In this document: one piece after another, positions 19,957 through 30,155 of the stretch
Layout of the letters: every line of letters starts with the position of its first letter
Numbering within the stretch: position 1 is the stretch's first letter
Virus record (IMG/VR): IMGVR_UViG_3300042291_000666
Span: 1-64,000 of that record
Strand: one strand, 5' to 3'
Length of the DNA: 64,000 nucleotides
Origin: a virus
The notes under the pieces: model-generated
What the model saw: the letters and a program-made list of their open reading frames with translations, nothing else
Database searches by the model: none
Told to the model about the DNA's origin: nothing
Made by a program: the position numbers and the translations under genes

Positions 19957-20538
19957 TTAATTTTTCAAAGATATAGAACTATTTTTAATTTTTTCACAAA
20001 ATAGTTCACTTTTTTTAAAGTAAAGAGTTTCTTTCTCTAAATCTGGAATACTGCAAACTTCAAAAACCTCTTCAATTTGTTTTAAAGGAACATCTAAGGC
20101 TTCCGCATAAAGTTTATGTGCTGAATTAGGTGACAAAAATAAACTGACATATTCTGAAATATTACCTTTATTACCAAAAAAATCTAAGATTATGATTTTT
20201 GTATCTAAACTAAATTTAGAATACTGCCCATCAATAAATCTTTTAAAATCTGATTTGTATTGGGTGAAATCAAAGATAAATAAGTGTCTATTTTCATCAA
20301 GTTGTACATATTCATAAAACAACGGGTGCTTTTTAAGATATGAATTGCAAAACAATTCAAACTTTTCTGATGTACCTACATTGTACTCACACAAAAACTT
20401 ATTTTCATCAGTAGTAATCAAGTGCTCCCAGCAGACATAAGTCTGCACGGGAACAAATGATAAACCAGATCTAAACCTTAATAAAGGATAAAGAAATACT
20501 TTACTTTTTTGAAAATATTCAGTGTATACACCCTTCAT
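19957..20538 (-). CDS. hypothetical protein
   Basis: ORF track; coupled to the upstream nuclease gene. Confidence 0.7.
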   Translation of the reverse strand: MKGVYTEYFQKSKVFLYPLLRFRSGLSFVPVQTYVCWEHLITTDENKFLCEYNVGTSEKFELFCNSYLKKHPLFYEYVQLDENRHLFIFDFTQYKSDFKRFIDGQYSKFSLDTKIIILDFFGNKGNISEYVSLFLSPNSAHKLYAEALDVPLKQIEEVFEVCSIPDLEKETLYFKKSELFCEKIKNSSISLKN

Positions 20539-20540
20539 AT

Positions 20541-21545
20541 TTATAATTTAATATTCCCTAAAAGGAAATCATAAGGTAATGAATAATTTTTTTCTGTGTA
20601 ATGATAAGCAGCTCTTTCAATTACATCTTCTAATGCACTGGCCCAGCCGTTTAATGTTTCATCAGTAACATCAAAAACATATACTTGATTGTACTTGTCT
20701 ACAACAACAAATTTAAACAAAATATTGTATTCTTGTTCAGTTTCAGCCAAATTTGCAAAAACTAATTTGCAATATATAGCTGCTTGCAACCAATAATTAT
20801 AAAAATCAATGGTTTCTTTGAAGTCTGAAATAGTTTTACCTGTTGTTTTAAGGTCACAGATAGTGACTGTTTTTGTAGAGTGATTAATTTTGTAATAATC
20901 CAGGTAACCATGGAGGCCAAAAGGTCTATCTAATAAATCAGATGTCAAGTATCTTTCTGCATGTGTTTCAATAGGGTCTAACTCAAAATCAGTTTGTACA
21001 TCTTCAAACAAAGACATTACATCTTTATTACTTTTAATGTTTTCAGCCTGATCTTTACATTTTGCTAGCGTATCTCCATCAACTGCATCTTTACTACTGT
21101 TTTTTAAATAGTCCCAATAAGATTCATTGTCTGCATTTTGAATCTTTTCTAACCGGGCATCATCTAACTTAAGTGACTGGTACAAGTTCTGATCAATCAA
21201 TACCTGTAATATTTCTTGTTGAAATGTAGGGTCTTGACTTAATAAACTTGATTCACGGTTACTTGTAGTGTTATACAAAGCATTCAATACTTTGATATTA
21301 CTTTCTGCAGGAAGCTTGCCAGGCAGGATGTTAAACTTATCATTAACTTTATCTGCCTCAAATAAGAGACAGTGAATTAACTTACCTTCAACTAAGTGCT
21401 TATCAGTCCGGATTTCACGGTCTTCTAATATATAATCCTTATAAAACAAGGATGGTGAAAACAATAACTTATTCAGTGATGAATAACTAAATTTAAAGTT
21501 TTTATTTGAATAAAACTTTTCTTCTTTTGTTAAATCTGTATACAT
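20541..21545 (-). CDS. PD-(D/E)XK exonuclease (RecE/DUF3799-like)
   Basis: FSYSSL, GKLIH, GYLD..ICDLKTT, YWLQAAIY. Confidence 0.85.
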   Translation of the reverse strand: MYTDLTKEEKFYSNKNFKFSYSSLNKLLFSPSLFYKDYILEDREIRTDKHLVEGKLIHCLLFEADKVNDKFNILPGKLPAESNIKVLNALYNTTSNRESSLLSQDPTFQQEILQVLIDQNLYQSLKLDDARLEKIQNADNESYWDYLKNSSKDAVDGDTLAKCKDQAENIKSNKDVMSLFEDVQTDFELDPIETHAERYLTSDLLDRPFGLHGYLDYYKINHSTKTVTICDLKTTGKTISDFKETIDFYNYWLQAAIYCKLVFANLAETEQEYNILFKFVVVDKYNQVYVFDVTDETLNGWASALEDVIERAAYHYTEKNYSLPYDFLLGNIKL

Positions 21546-22696
21546 TCTTTTTTTTCTATTATTGTGTTTTTATATTTGTCTACTAAGTAAATAGATTCTA
21601 GATCTATTGAGAACACATTGTTTTTACAACCAAAAGTGTTTTTAATTACAGAATCATACATCTTTTTAATTGTTTTTTTAACAATAAAGTCTGTTAACTT
21701 ATTTTCTGCTTCTAATAACTGTACATACTGATCATATGCCCACTGACGGTTGTTGTCTTTACTACCTGAAAACTTCTCAAGTCTTTTACGTAATGTTTTT
21801 ACATTGATGTTATTCCAGTTGTTAGTGTCTTTGAACCAATCATAGTACCAAAAGAATAAGTAGCTAACAATATCAAATGACTCTTCAACATTACAATTGG
21901 CTAGCATTTCTACAGCCAAAGTTCTGTTGTCTTTGTCTTGACTTTGAATCATCTTAGATACCTGATCAAATTGATCTTCACTTATTACAGCTAAATCTTC
22001 TGATATAATCTTGTTGATTTCAACATCTTTTACAATCAATGCTGTTGTATTACGCAATTGATCATATAAAGCTACATTACCATCTCTGACAACCATATCT
22101 CTATTACCATCATGATCAAAATCTGATACTTTACTAGCAATATCATCTGCTACAGGTGATGTATATCTGTAATCTTTAACAACATTGATGCGTATGTAAG
22201 CTTCTTTTTCTACTATAGATAAAAACTCTTTGCATTTATCTAATCCTGATTCAGTTAACTGATCATTTTGTTTTAGCATATTAAATACTTCAAACATTTG
22301 AGGATATGTTAATGATTTACCCCAATCAAGTGTTAGCAAATTTAAAACTAATTTATCTGATACAATATGTATATCTGCTAATTCAGAATCTCTAATGATT
22401 TTCACATTAAATTTTGTTTTAAGCAAATCTACTTTTTGTCTAGGTAATTCTAAATTTGGATATCTATATATTTTTTTATCTTGCAAATCAATTGCTTTAT
22501 CTGAAGTAATTATATTTAGTAGATTGAGTTCATCCTGATCAGGATACCAACTTTTTGCTCTACCAAAATAATAACCATCTTCTTTTAAACTAAAAGATCC
22601 AATACCTAATCTTTCCTTTCCGTTTGACCAGATTGAATTTTCAGCTGAAACAGTTATGTCTAATTTATAATGTTTTTTTTCCATGTTATTTTGCAT
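21530..22696 (-). CDS. hypothetical protein with a BRCT-like segment (paralogue of 22686-23708)
   Basis: KKIYRYPNLELPRQKVDLLKTKFNVKIIRDSELADIHIVSD. Confidence 0.6.
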   Translation of the reverse strand: MQNNMEKKHYKLDITVSAENSIWSNGKERLGIGSFSLKEDGYYFGRAKSWYPDQDELNLLNIITSDKAIDLQDKKIYRYPNLELPRQKVDLLKTKFNVKIIRDSELADIHIVSDKLVLNLLTLDWGKSLTYPQMFEVFNMLKQNDQLTESGLDKCKEFLSIVEKEAYIRINVVKDYRYTSPVADDIASKVSDFDHDGNRDMVVRDGNVALYDQLRNTTALIVKDVEINKIISEDLAVISEDQFDQVSKMIQSQDKDNRTLAVEMLANCNVEESFDIVSYLFFWYYDWFKDTNNWNNINVKTLRKRLEKFSGSKDNNRQWAYDQYVQLLEAENKLTDFIVKKTIKKMYDSVIKNTFGCKNNVFSIDLESIYLVDKYKNTIIEKKECIQI

Positions 22697-23708
22697 ATTT
22701 TAAATATTCTGGTTTTACTTGTACTTTAAATACATACAAGTCTCTATTACTAATGTGAATTTCTTTTCTTACAGTTGGTTCTAAATATTTAAAACTAACT
22801 GAATCAAGCTTGCCTTCTTTTTCTAACCAAATAATCATATCATGCGCGCTTTTTCTAGAGAATTTATTGAAGTCAGATTGTTCTAACCAATACTGAACAT
22901 CTTTGTCTCTATTAAAATGATACATGTAACGTTCTGATTTCTGTGCAAACTCCCATAGTAAATGATAGTTTTGTAAGTAATCAATTGTAGGAATAACTTT
23001 TGCAGCTATAGCTCTATCTTCTTCATTATAAGATTGTAAATACTTTTGTATGTCTTCTAATAATGTTTCATCTAAAACTTGTTTATTAGCTGATTCATAA
23101 ATTACTGTATCTACATTAATTGTTCCTATTAAACCTGAATCAACTTTATGTGCAAGATTTATAGCCATACCTTGGATCATCCATTCATCATATAATGAAT
23201 CTCCTGTAATACAATTATAATATCTTACTTTGCTAGCTAAATTACCATCATAAATTACATCTCCTGCATAAGCATCTACAGCTAAAACTGAACCAGCTGT
23301 ACTTTCAAGTGTTTGATAATTCCATAACTTGGCCATTAATACAGTTGACTTAATATTTTCTCCACTTTCAAATCTTTCATAGATATCATCATGGGTAATA
23401 ATTAAATCAGCTAATTCATAGTCATTGGTTACAGATATACCATGTTCTTTTAGAGCAGATTTGATTCTATCTAATGAAACATTACATTTTGGCAATACAA
23501 ATGCTTTCTTTTTGGTTTTAAAAGTTGTACTATCTTCAGTACTATTTGTTAATATATCACGTATTTTTAAAAATGTTGTTTCATCTTGAGTGACTAATAC
23601 TTGTTCTATCACATTGGATGATAGCACCCCATAATAAGGGGCACTATCTAATCCAAAATGATTTAAAGCAGTAGTATCATATGATTGATAAACTGATTTA
23701 CTTGCCAT
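22686..23708 (-). CDS. hypothetical protein with a BRCT-like segment
   Basis: KKAFVLPKCNVSLDRIKSALKEHGISVTNDYELADLIITHD. Confidence 0.6.
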   Translation of the reverse strand: MASKSVYQSYDTTALNHFGLDSAPYYGVLSSNVIEQVLVTQDETTFLKIRDILTNSTEDSTTFKTKKKAFVLPKCNVSLDRIKSALKEHGISVTNDYELADLIITHDDIYERFESGENIKSTVLMAKLWNYQTLESTAGSVLAVDAYAGDVIYDGNLASKVRYYNCITGDSLYDEWMIQGMAINLAHKVDSGLIGTINVDTVIYESANKQVLDETLLEDIQKYLQSYNEEDRAIAAKVIPTIDYLQNYHLLWEFAQKSERYMYHFNRDKDVQYWLEQSDFNKFSRKSAHDMIIWLEKEGKLDSVSFKYLEPTVRKEIHISNRDLYVFKVQVKPEYLKYAK

Positions 23709-23709
23709 T

Positions 23710-24981
23710 TTATTTCATTGTCATTTTGATGATATCTGGATTCATCATCATTTTGTTAAACTTCTGTTTGTTACCATTGAAGATTGTACGTACAATTAGA
23801 TACTTAAGATCATTAGTGAAATAGTCTTTAGTACAAAGAGAAATCAATCTGTCTGATACTTTTTGGTTTACAGTATTGTCTTTACTGTAAACAACTGAAT
23901 AGTTAGCCAACCTTGTTGCTAATGTAGCAGCAATGTCTGCGCGGTATGTATCATCTTTTCCAATACAACCTCTTAACTCACCAAGGATATATGATTCATT
24001 ATCATGAGTCAACAAATCTTTAGGTGTTACCAGTTTGTCCAGCTTATTGTTAATAAATGTAGTAAACATAGAAGCAAAAGCATCTCCAACAGAACCTTCA
24101 CCAATCATTTGAATTAATGATAAGTTTGATTCAAAGTTCTCAAAGCTAGATATAGCATTAAAGAATGTTGTAATAGATCTTGCATTTGTTTCTAGTGTAA
24201 CTAACTCTGGGTGTAACAACAAAAAGTTGATACATCTTGAGTCAATACCTGCTTCTTCTGCCCATTGTGCCCATACATTAACATCAAACTTAAGGTTTGC
24301 TGTAACGTATCTGGTTTTTTGTGCAGCATCCACTGAGTTTACCATATACTCACCATTGTCTGGGTTTGCTGTTAATATGATATGCCAATCTTTTGGTAAT
24401 ACCCAAGAGATATAAGTTTGTCTATCTATTAACTCCATAACTGCTTGAATAAATCTTGTGTCAGCTCTATTCCAGTCATCTAGTAATAAGATACCGCCAT
24501 CTTTTTTATCAGCAATCCACTCCGGTGGGCAATAAGACATCCTGTTCTTACCTGTCATTTTATATCCTGTTTTAAGATATTCTTGAACTGCAAGTTCATC
24601 AACCCATAAACCAACTTTTTTGGTTACTGCTGTTTGAATATTAGCAAGGTCTGATGACGCAGCTGATCTTTGTGCTGCGGTATAGGATAAATCATCTATT
24701 TTTGGTTCTGAAACTCTTGTTTCTTTATACATTTGAAATTGACGTACTGGGAATCCTACTAAGTCACCCAACTCTTCTATCTGTGCAAGGTTAACCTTAA
24801 CAAAGTTTAAGTTGTTTTCTTTAGCTAGCTCAACAATGGTAGATGTTTTACCAATTCCTGATTCTCCTAATACTTCTACTGATACAGATTGTTTACCTTG
24901 TGCTTGTAAAAATCTATTGTTTGTAATAATGTGATTTACAAACCCTTTTAATTCTGTTACATTTAAATTTACTTGTGCCAT
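23710..24981 (-). CDS. MoxR-like AAA+ ATPase
   Basis: Walker A GESGIGKT, Walker B LLLDDWNRA, TANP sensor, DAAQKTR. Confidence 0.88.
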   Translation of the reverse strand: MAQVNLNVTELKGFVNHIITNNRFLQAQGKQSVSVEVLGESGIGKTSTIVELAKENNLNFVKVNLAQIEELGDLVGFPVRQFQMYKETRVSEPKIDDLSYTAAQRSAASSDLANIQTAVTKKVGLWVDELAVQEYLKTGYKMTGKNRMSYCPPEWIADKKDGGILLLDDWNRADTRFIQAVMELIDRQTYISWVLPKDWHIILTANPDNGEYMVNSVDAAQKTRYVTANLKFDVNVWAQWAEEAGIDSRCINFLLLHPELVTLETNARSITTFFNAISSFENFESNLSLIQMIGEGSVGDAFASMFTTFINNKLDKLVTPKDLLTHDNESYILGELRGCIGKDDTYRADIAATLATRLANYSVVYSKDNTVNQKVSDRLISLCTKDYFTNDLKYLIVRTIFNGNKQKFNKMMMNPDIIKMTMK

Positions 24982-24992
24982 CTTTGTTTTTA

Positions 24993-26153
24993 TTAATTTA
25001 ATTTTATTACTTTTCCTGGTAATTCTTCATTCATAGTAGATATACTACTCAATACCCATAAGGCATTGTTTGGACATCCTGATGGAGCATATGCTTCACC
25101 ATCTGTTAAATATATTAGTGCTGTATAACACTTCTTTTCATTATAATGGTCAATTACAGGTTGGAAACTTGTTCCACCTCTACCATGTATAGCCCAATCT
25201 TTTTTTGGATTAAACTCTTCTACAGAATTAAGTCTTGTATCACATTGAGCTACTGTAATCTTATGACCAGTTTTACTCATATGATGTAACTCATTGTAAA
25301 ACTCTTTAAGCTCTTCTGTATTTACAGATCCAGATGTGTCAATACCAACAAGAATGTGATTTTTAAATTTAATCTTCAATCCTGGGTTTTCTGCATATCT
25401 TTTATTGTATTTACGTCTCAACTTTTTAGTGTATACTACAGATGAGTTTCCAACAAATCTTCTTAAGTAAGCTTTCCAATCAAATTTAGCTGGCTCAACA
25501 TGAAATAACTTTGCAATTAATTCACTTAACTCACCAGGTACATTTCCTTGTTTCTTTACAGTTTGTTCTGCAGCTTCTTTTAACTGATGGTCTATTTGTT
25601 TTTGAACAAGTTTTTTATCAGCTTCAGGTAACTCATCAAATTCTTTCCACGTACTGTGGCAATACTCTGATTCACCATCCATTTGATCCATTAATGAATC
25701 TAATGAAGGAGATGTTCCATCTTGTTTAGCTTGTTCCAACAAATTGTAATAGACTTTAGTCCCTGCTTTTGTAGGAAGATTTAATTCAGGAAAACTACTT
25801 AGTAATAATCCACCGTCTGGTAGCATGTTTGAACTAATATATTGATTGATCTCTAGATCTGCAGCTATATTAAATAACTTGTGATCAGAATAAAGATCTC
25901 TCATCAATAGATGTCCAAATGCTATATGTAATAATTCATGCTTAATCAATCCAACTCTATGTAATTCACTTAGTTCAGTGAAGAAATTAGGGTTAATTGT
26001 TAACTGCATACCAATTCCGTGTTTACTTACACCTGCTGTAGGTATACGTTCACTGAATTGTTTATTTATACCAATTAAAAAAAGCCCGTAAAAGGGCTCA
26101 TCTAAAATTAAAGTCTTGGTGGTTCTTGCAACACCATCTTGTATATTTATCAT
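24993..26153 (-). CDS. DUF2201-like metallopeptidase plus VWA domain protein
   Basis: HELLH zinc motif, NIAADLEIN; MIDAS DTSGS, GGT.F, LTDG. Confidence 0.9.
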   Translation of the reverse strand: MINIQDGVARTTKTLILDEPFYGLFLIGINKQFSERIPTAGVSKHGIGMQLTINPNFFTELSELHRVGLIKHELLHIAFGHLLMRDLYSDHKLFNIAADLEINQYISSNMLPDGGLLLSSFPELNLPTKAGTKVYYNLLEQAKQDGTSPSLDSLMDQMDGESEYCHSTWKEFDELPEADKKLVQKQIDHQLKEAAEQTVKKQGNVPGELSELIAKLFHVEPAKFDWKAYLRRFVGNSSVVYTKKLRRKYNKRYAENPGLKIKFKNHILVGIDTSGSVNTEELKEFYNELHHMSKTGHKITVAQCDTRLNSVEEFNPKKDWAIHGRGGTSFQPVIDHYNEKKCYTALIYLTDGEAYAPSGCPNNALWVLSSISTMNEELPGKVIKLN

Positions 26154-26452
26154 TTTTGTGGGTATAATATTTTTAATAATATTTTTTTGTAAACAACATA
26201 ATCTCCAAATTCTTTTATTGTAGAGTTAATGTTTTTACTAACTAATTCTTCTGGTAAATAACCTTTATCAATAGCTCTTAAAAAACGTGTTCTTTTATCA
26301 AACAACAATGATTTAGTAAATAATAAATCTAATATATCTCTGTCATCAAAATCTAAGTTTTTGTAGTTTTCAAAAGCTAATTCAAAGTCTTCACCAAGAC
26401 CCATAAACATTTCACGTAATGAAAAAAATTCTTTAATTGTTATCCTTGCCAT
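26150..26452 (-). CDS. hypothetical protein
   Basis: Overlaps both neighbours. Confidence 0.65.
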   Translation of the reverse strand: MARITIKEFFSLREMFMGLGEDFELAFENYKNLDFDDRDILDLLFTKSLLFDKRTRFLRAIDKGYLPEELVSKNINSTIKEFGDYVVYKKILLKILYPQK

Positions 26453-26816
26453 CTGGTAAAATTTCTATAATTACTCCAGGATTAACTTTGTCATATTTGT
26501 ACTCTACAAATACAGGCAATATACAATCTGCATTATCATCTTCAATCCAACCAAATGTAACCATATCATCTTGCACTGTTTGTGCGGGATTAATATAATC
26601 AAACTTGTGTTTGCTGCCTCTGATAAATGTAAACTGGATACTTACGGGTTGTTGATGTTTGGCCAACTCAGCTTTAAACTCTTCTGCATACAATGCATAA
26701 TAATCTTTAGCTACTTTTCTATAATTTACAACAGTTTTACTTGCTATAAAATACTTGCCGGTCCATCTTCTACCATTTTTACTACTTGGGACTGAGCCCG
26801 GTATGAACCATTTCAT
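26433..26816 (-). CDS. RusA-like Holliday junction resolvase
   Basis: PSSKN...FDYIN....VQDDM....IEDDN motif pattern. Confidence 0.75.
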   Translation of the reverse strand: MKWFIPGSVPSSKNGRRWTGKYFIASKTVVNYRKVAKDYYALYAEEFKAELAKHQQPVSIQFTFIRGSKHKFDYINPAQTVQDDMVTFGWIEDDNADCILPVFVEYKYDKVNPGVIIEILPDGKDNN

Positions 26817-26819
26817 TTT

Positions 26820-27794
26820 TTATCTGTTTAAAATTTCTTTAAGTAAAGGTTTTAATGTTTGATGTACTATATCAAAACCATGTTCACGCATAGAGTCACT
26901 AATATCTTTAGATAAAGGTAAAGCAAAGCCATCTAGATTGTATAAGGTTTTATACTTATCAATTGCTAGATTACCTGCAGTATCATTATCAAAGAATGTG
27001 ACTATCTTCTTATATTTCTTTTTTAGGTGCTCAATAACATGGGGTTTTATGATTGTATTCTCACTGTCTGGTGCTAATACTTCAATGTTATAACCAATAC
27101 TTTTAAGGCATAAGGCATCTTTTAATGATGAACAAATTACTAAATAAGGTTGATTGTAAGTTAATTGATCAAATCCCTGAAGGTATGGTTTTACTTTATG
27201 AAATTTGTGTTTACTTGATGGTTGATATATTTTATACAACTCATCATTTTTATCAAAATATCCATATATAGAATGACCTTCAATCTTTAACTTCTTAACT
27301 TCACCATCTTCTTCTTTAATTAAATTGTAATACTCAATAGGTTTTACATTATATTCTTTCAATAAATTTGAACCAATTCTAAAGCTTAACCAATATCTAC
27401 CATCATTTTCAGTCCATTGTCTTGTATTGACAAAATCAATTTCCCATTTTGCTTGAGGTTTAAAAGATACTTGCTCAAAGTCAGTTGTTTTAACATAACT
27501 ATTGTAATCCTCTACTATTTTTCTAACAGCATCTCTGTATTCTAAGTCAAACATAAGTTTAACCAAGTCTATTTTGTTACCATTTTTACCAGTTGAAAAG
27601 TCCTTAAATTTATACATACCTATAGATTTATCTACATATATACAAAAGCTAGGAGTTTTGTCATTTGGATTAAAGATTGATTTAATCTTTACATCCTGAC
27701 CTGTTAAGGGTTCTGATAAGTTTAAATAATATTGAAACACCCAATAGCTTGGAACATCTGTTTCTTCTAGTACTAAATTTTTTGTGTTAAACAT
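26820..27794 (-). CDS. dnaG: DNA primase (TOPRIM, crAss-type)
   Basis: N-terminal DKTPSF..FKDFSTG; TOPRIM ICSSLKDAL, FFDNDTAG, KDISD. Confidence 0.85.
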   Translation of the reverse strand: MFNTKNLVLEETDVPSYWVFQYYLNLSEPLTGQDVKIKSIFNPNDKTPSFCIYVDKSIGMYKFKDFSTGKNGNKIDLVKLMFDLEYRDAVRKIVEDYNSYVKTTDFEQVSFKPQAKWEIDFVNTRQWTENDGRYWLSFRIGSNLLKEYNVKPIEYYNLIKEEDGEVKKLKIEGHSIYGYFDKNDELYKIYQPSSKHKFHKVKPYLQGFDQLTYNQPYLVICSSLKDALCLKSIGYNIEVLAPDSENTIIKPHVIEHLKKKYKKIVTFFDNDTAGNLAIDKYKTLYNLDGFALPLSKDISDSMREHGFDIVHQTLKPLLKEILNR

Positions 27795-27814
27795 ATTAAG
27801 AATATAAATAAAAA

Positions 27815-27842
27815 TGGGACTGACATATCTCAGTCAGCCCCA
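27815..27842 (-). terminator. probable intrinsic terminator
   Basis: TGGG.CTGA...TCAG.CCCA stem with a T-run on the minus strand. Confidence 0.5.
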
Positions 27843-27857
27843 TAATTAAGTTAGTTA

Positions 27858-28535
27858 TTATAAATCAAAATCATCACCAGAAGCAGCAGAACTAGGTTCA
27901 AACTGACTTGTTGTAGGTGAATTTTTCTTCTCTATTTTTCTTAAATGATTAGGATTGTTGCTATCAAAAATCAATAATTTAGATTTTTCAACACCTAATG
28001 CTTCAATTGGCACTCCTTCTTTACTGATTTTAGGTAAATATAAATCATTGTTTACATAACCTTCAGTATTTTCCCACTCACGTGCACCAAGACACATATT
28101 TACATATGTTGGACCTGATAATAACTTATCACATTTCAACATCCAATCTTCAATTGTGCTAGCTTGAATAGCATCTAATCCAGCTCTTTTATCTAAAGCT
28201 TCAGCTAAAAATATCATTGCTTTCATAACTTCAGTATCTCTACTGATTTCTTTTCCACTTGGTAATGTAGTGTCTTTATATGGATACGGTGAATATCTAA
28301 CTCTTCCAACTTGGCCTTCATAACGAGCACCATCTGGTTTGTTCATATCCTTTAAAAATCCTTGAAAATCTCCTGTTACAGGTTCTGTTTCTACATGCAA
28401 CATAATGTTGTATGCATTTGCATCATAAGGGGTTTTATCAAAACTAATTGAATTGATTTTTACTTTGTGATTTCCTGTTCCAACTACTGGTTTCTCTTTG
28501 CCTGAAGCGGCTGACATGTCTTTAGTACTTAACAT
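27858..28535 (-). CDS. putative single-stranded DNA-binding protein
   Basis: Follows the Sak4-like ATPase; acidic C-terminal tail SGDDFDL. Confidence 0.6.
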   Translation of the reverse strand: MLSTKDMSAASGKEKPVVGTGNHKVKINSISFDKTPYDANAYNIMLHVETEPVTGDFQGFLKDMNKPDGARYEGQVGRVRYSPYPYKDTTLPSGKEISRDTEVMKAMIFLAEALDKRAGLDAIQASTIEDWMLKCDKLLSGPTYVNMCLGAREWENTEGYVNNDLYLPKISKEGVPIEALGVEKSKLLIFDSNNPNHLRKIEKKNSPTTSQFEPSSAASGDDFDL

Positions 28536-28568
28536 AATTGCTTTTTTTAATTAATTGATTTTTGTTTA

Positions 28569-29252
28569 TTATTCTTCATATTTCTTGATGCAATCTTTTA
28601 CAAATTGCAGGTTGTTTGGGATGAAGTTTTCCTCAAACATTCCTTGGGGTGATTTACATGTGTTCTCTCCGCTGTTTTGTGTTTCAAAACCATAGATAAG
28701 TTCACCATCATCATTTTTGCTAACTTTGCCAAATAAAACAATTGAAAATAGGCCTTCCAAAGTTAATGCATTATCAATCATTTTACCAATTGTTTTTGCC
28801 TTAATTTTTCTGTTCCCATTAATATCAGTTGCATCTTCTGAGTGAGTCAAAAAGAATACAGTTAGATCATCTCTCAAATCTTTAGGTAGTTTAGCTACCT
28901 GAGCTAAGTTTGCTGCAATTTGAGTAAATTTCTCATAACCTTTTTCATTTGCTCTATCAAAATATTCAAAAGAACTCATATACTGCCAGTCATCTACAAC
29001 CAAAGTCTTGATGTGTGGCATTTTTTCATTAACATGTAAAATAGCTTTAATTACTCCTGCTGCAGAAGATGATGATGCTAAATTACCTTTTGGGTTGTCT
29101 TTTGAAATTGCTGCATACATTCCTTTCCAACCTTTAAAAGGTAGTGGTTTATTTGCAATGTTGATTACAAAAGTTTCATCAGGATTTAGATGTCTAATTG
29201 ATGTTGATTTGCCTGTCCCTGAGTCAGCAATGATTAATACACTTTGTGCCAT
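28569..29252 (-). CDS. AAA_24 / Sak4-like P-loop ATPase
   Basis: ADSGTGKST, LVVDD, FLTH, KTIGKM, KSPQGMF. Confidence 0.85.
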   Translation of the reverse strand: MAQSVLIIADSGTGKSTSIRHLNPDETFVINIANKPLPFKGWKGMYAAISKDNPKGNLASSSSAAGVIKAILHVNEKMPHIKTLVVDDWQYMSSFEYFDRANEKGYEKFTQIAANLAQVAKLPKDLRDDLTVFFLTHSEDATDINGNRKIKAKTIGKMIDNALTLEGLFSIVLFGKVSKNDDGELIYGFETQNSGENTCKSPQGMFEENFIPNNLQFVKDCIKKYEE

Positions 29253-29258
29253 ATTTAT

Positions 29259-29801
29259 TTATTTATTAAGGATACTATTTAATGTTAATTGAATTGACTT
29301 AAGTGTCTTGTTGATTTCAACTAAAGCTTCAACTAAACCTGGTGCTTCTTTCTTATCTGGATCTGGTAGATCTGGATTAGCAAAGTCATGGATTAATTTA
29401 CCTCTACTTGTTACATCATTTATGATCTTTAATTCATTAACCGGGATTATGTGTCTGATAAATCCAGTGCTTGATTCAATTAATTCATATTCTTCTTTCC
29501 AATGAGGATTGTGTTTATGAAGATACAATGTTCTTTTTGGGTCTTCTGTATCATAATTTATACTTACAAATTCAGTATAAATATCTTCATTCTTTTCAAA
29601 TTCACTTGGAAAGAAACTAACATATAATTCATCTTTTCCAGTTGGCCTGTAAGCCATCTTAGGGATATATAATGCATTGATTATTCCATTAGTTTGGAAG
29701 TAATCTTCATGCTCTTCTCTTAAAGCATTTACCTTGGTTTTACGTTCATCCGGTGTTATTGCCATTTCTTTTGTTTTATTTAAATTTTTAGTACTTATCA
29801 T
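29259..29801 (-). CDS. hypothetical protein
   Basis: ORF track. Confidence 0.7.
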   Translation of the reverse strand: MISTKNLNKTKEMAITPDERKTKVNALREEHEDYFQTNGIINALYIPKMAYRPTGKDELYVSFFPSEFEKNEDIYTEFVSINYDTEDPKRTLYLHKHNPHWKEEYELIESSTGFIRHIIPVNELKIINDVTSRGKLIHDFANPDLPDPDKKEAPGLVEALVEINKTLKSIQLTLNSILNK

Positions 29802-30154
29802 TGTTTTCTTAATGGTTTAATGGGTAATTCTATGTTTTCTAAAATCCAATTGTTATTCTCTAAATACTTATCAATTATAAAATCAAGCATTGTTAAATCA
29901 TCAATTTGGCAACTAGAAATTTTTTTAACCAGAGCTTCAAGTCTAGATATTATGTTATGAATTAGTGCTGTATCAGCATTGTATATATTCATAAACTGTT
30001 TATCTATTTGTTTTATTAAAGTTTTTTCAAGTCTTTTTGTATCAACTTTAAGTCTTGTGTCATAAAAAGGTGTTCCTTCTAATTCATCATTGGCCTCAAG
30101 TAATAACTGAGATAAAATAAGACTCCTTACATATATTCTTGCATGATCTTTCAT
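29798..30154 (-). CDS. hypothetical protein
   Basis: Start re-placed at MKDHAR, just after the dnaB stop. Confidence 0.6.
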   Translation of the reverse strand: MKDHARIYVRSLILSQLLLEANDELEGTPFYDTRLKVDTKRLEKTLIKQIDKQFMNIYNADTALIHNIISRLEALVKKISSCQIDDLTMLDFIIDKYLENNNWILENIELPIKPLRKQ

Positions 30155-30155
30155 A

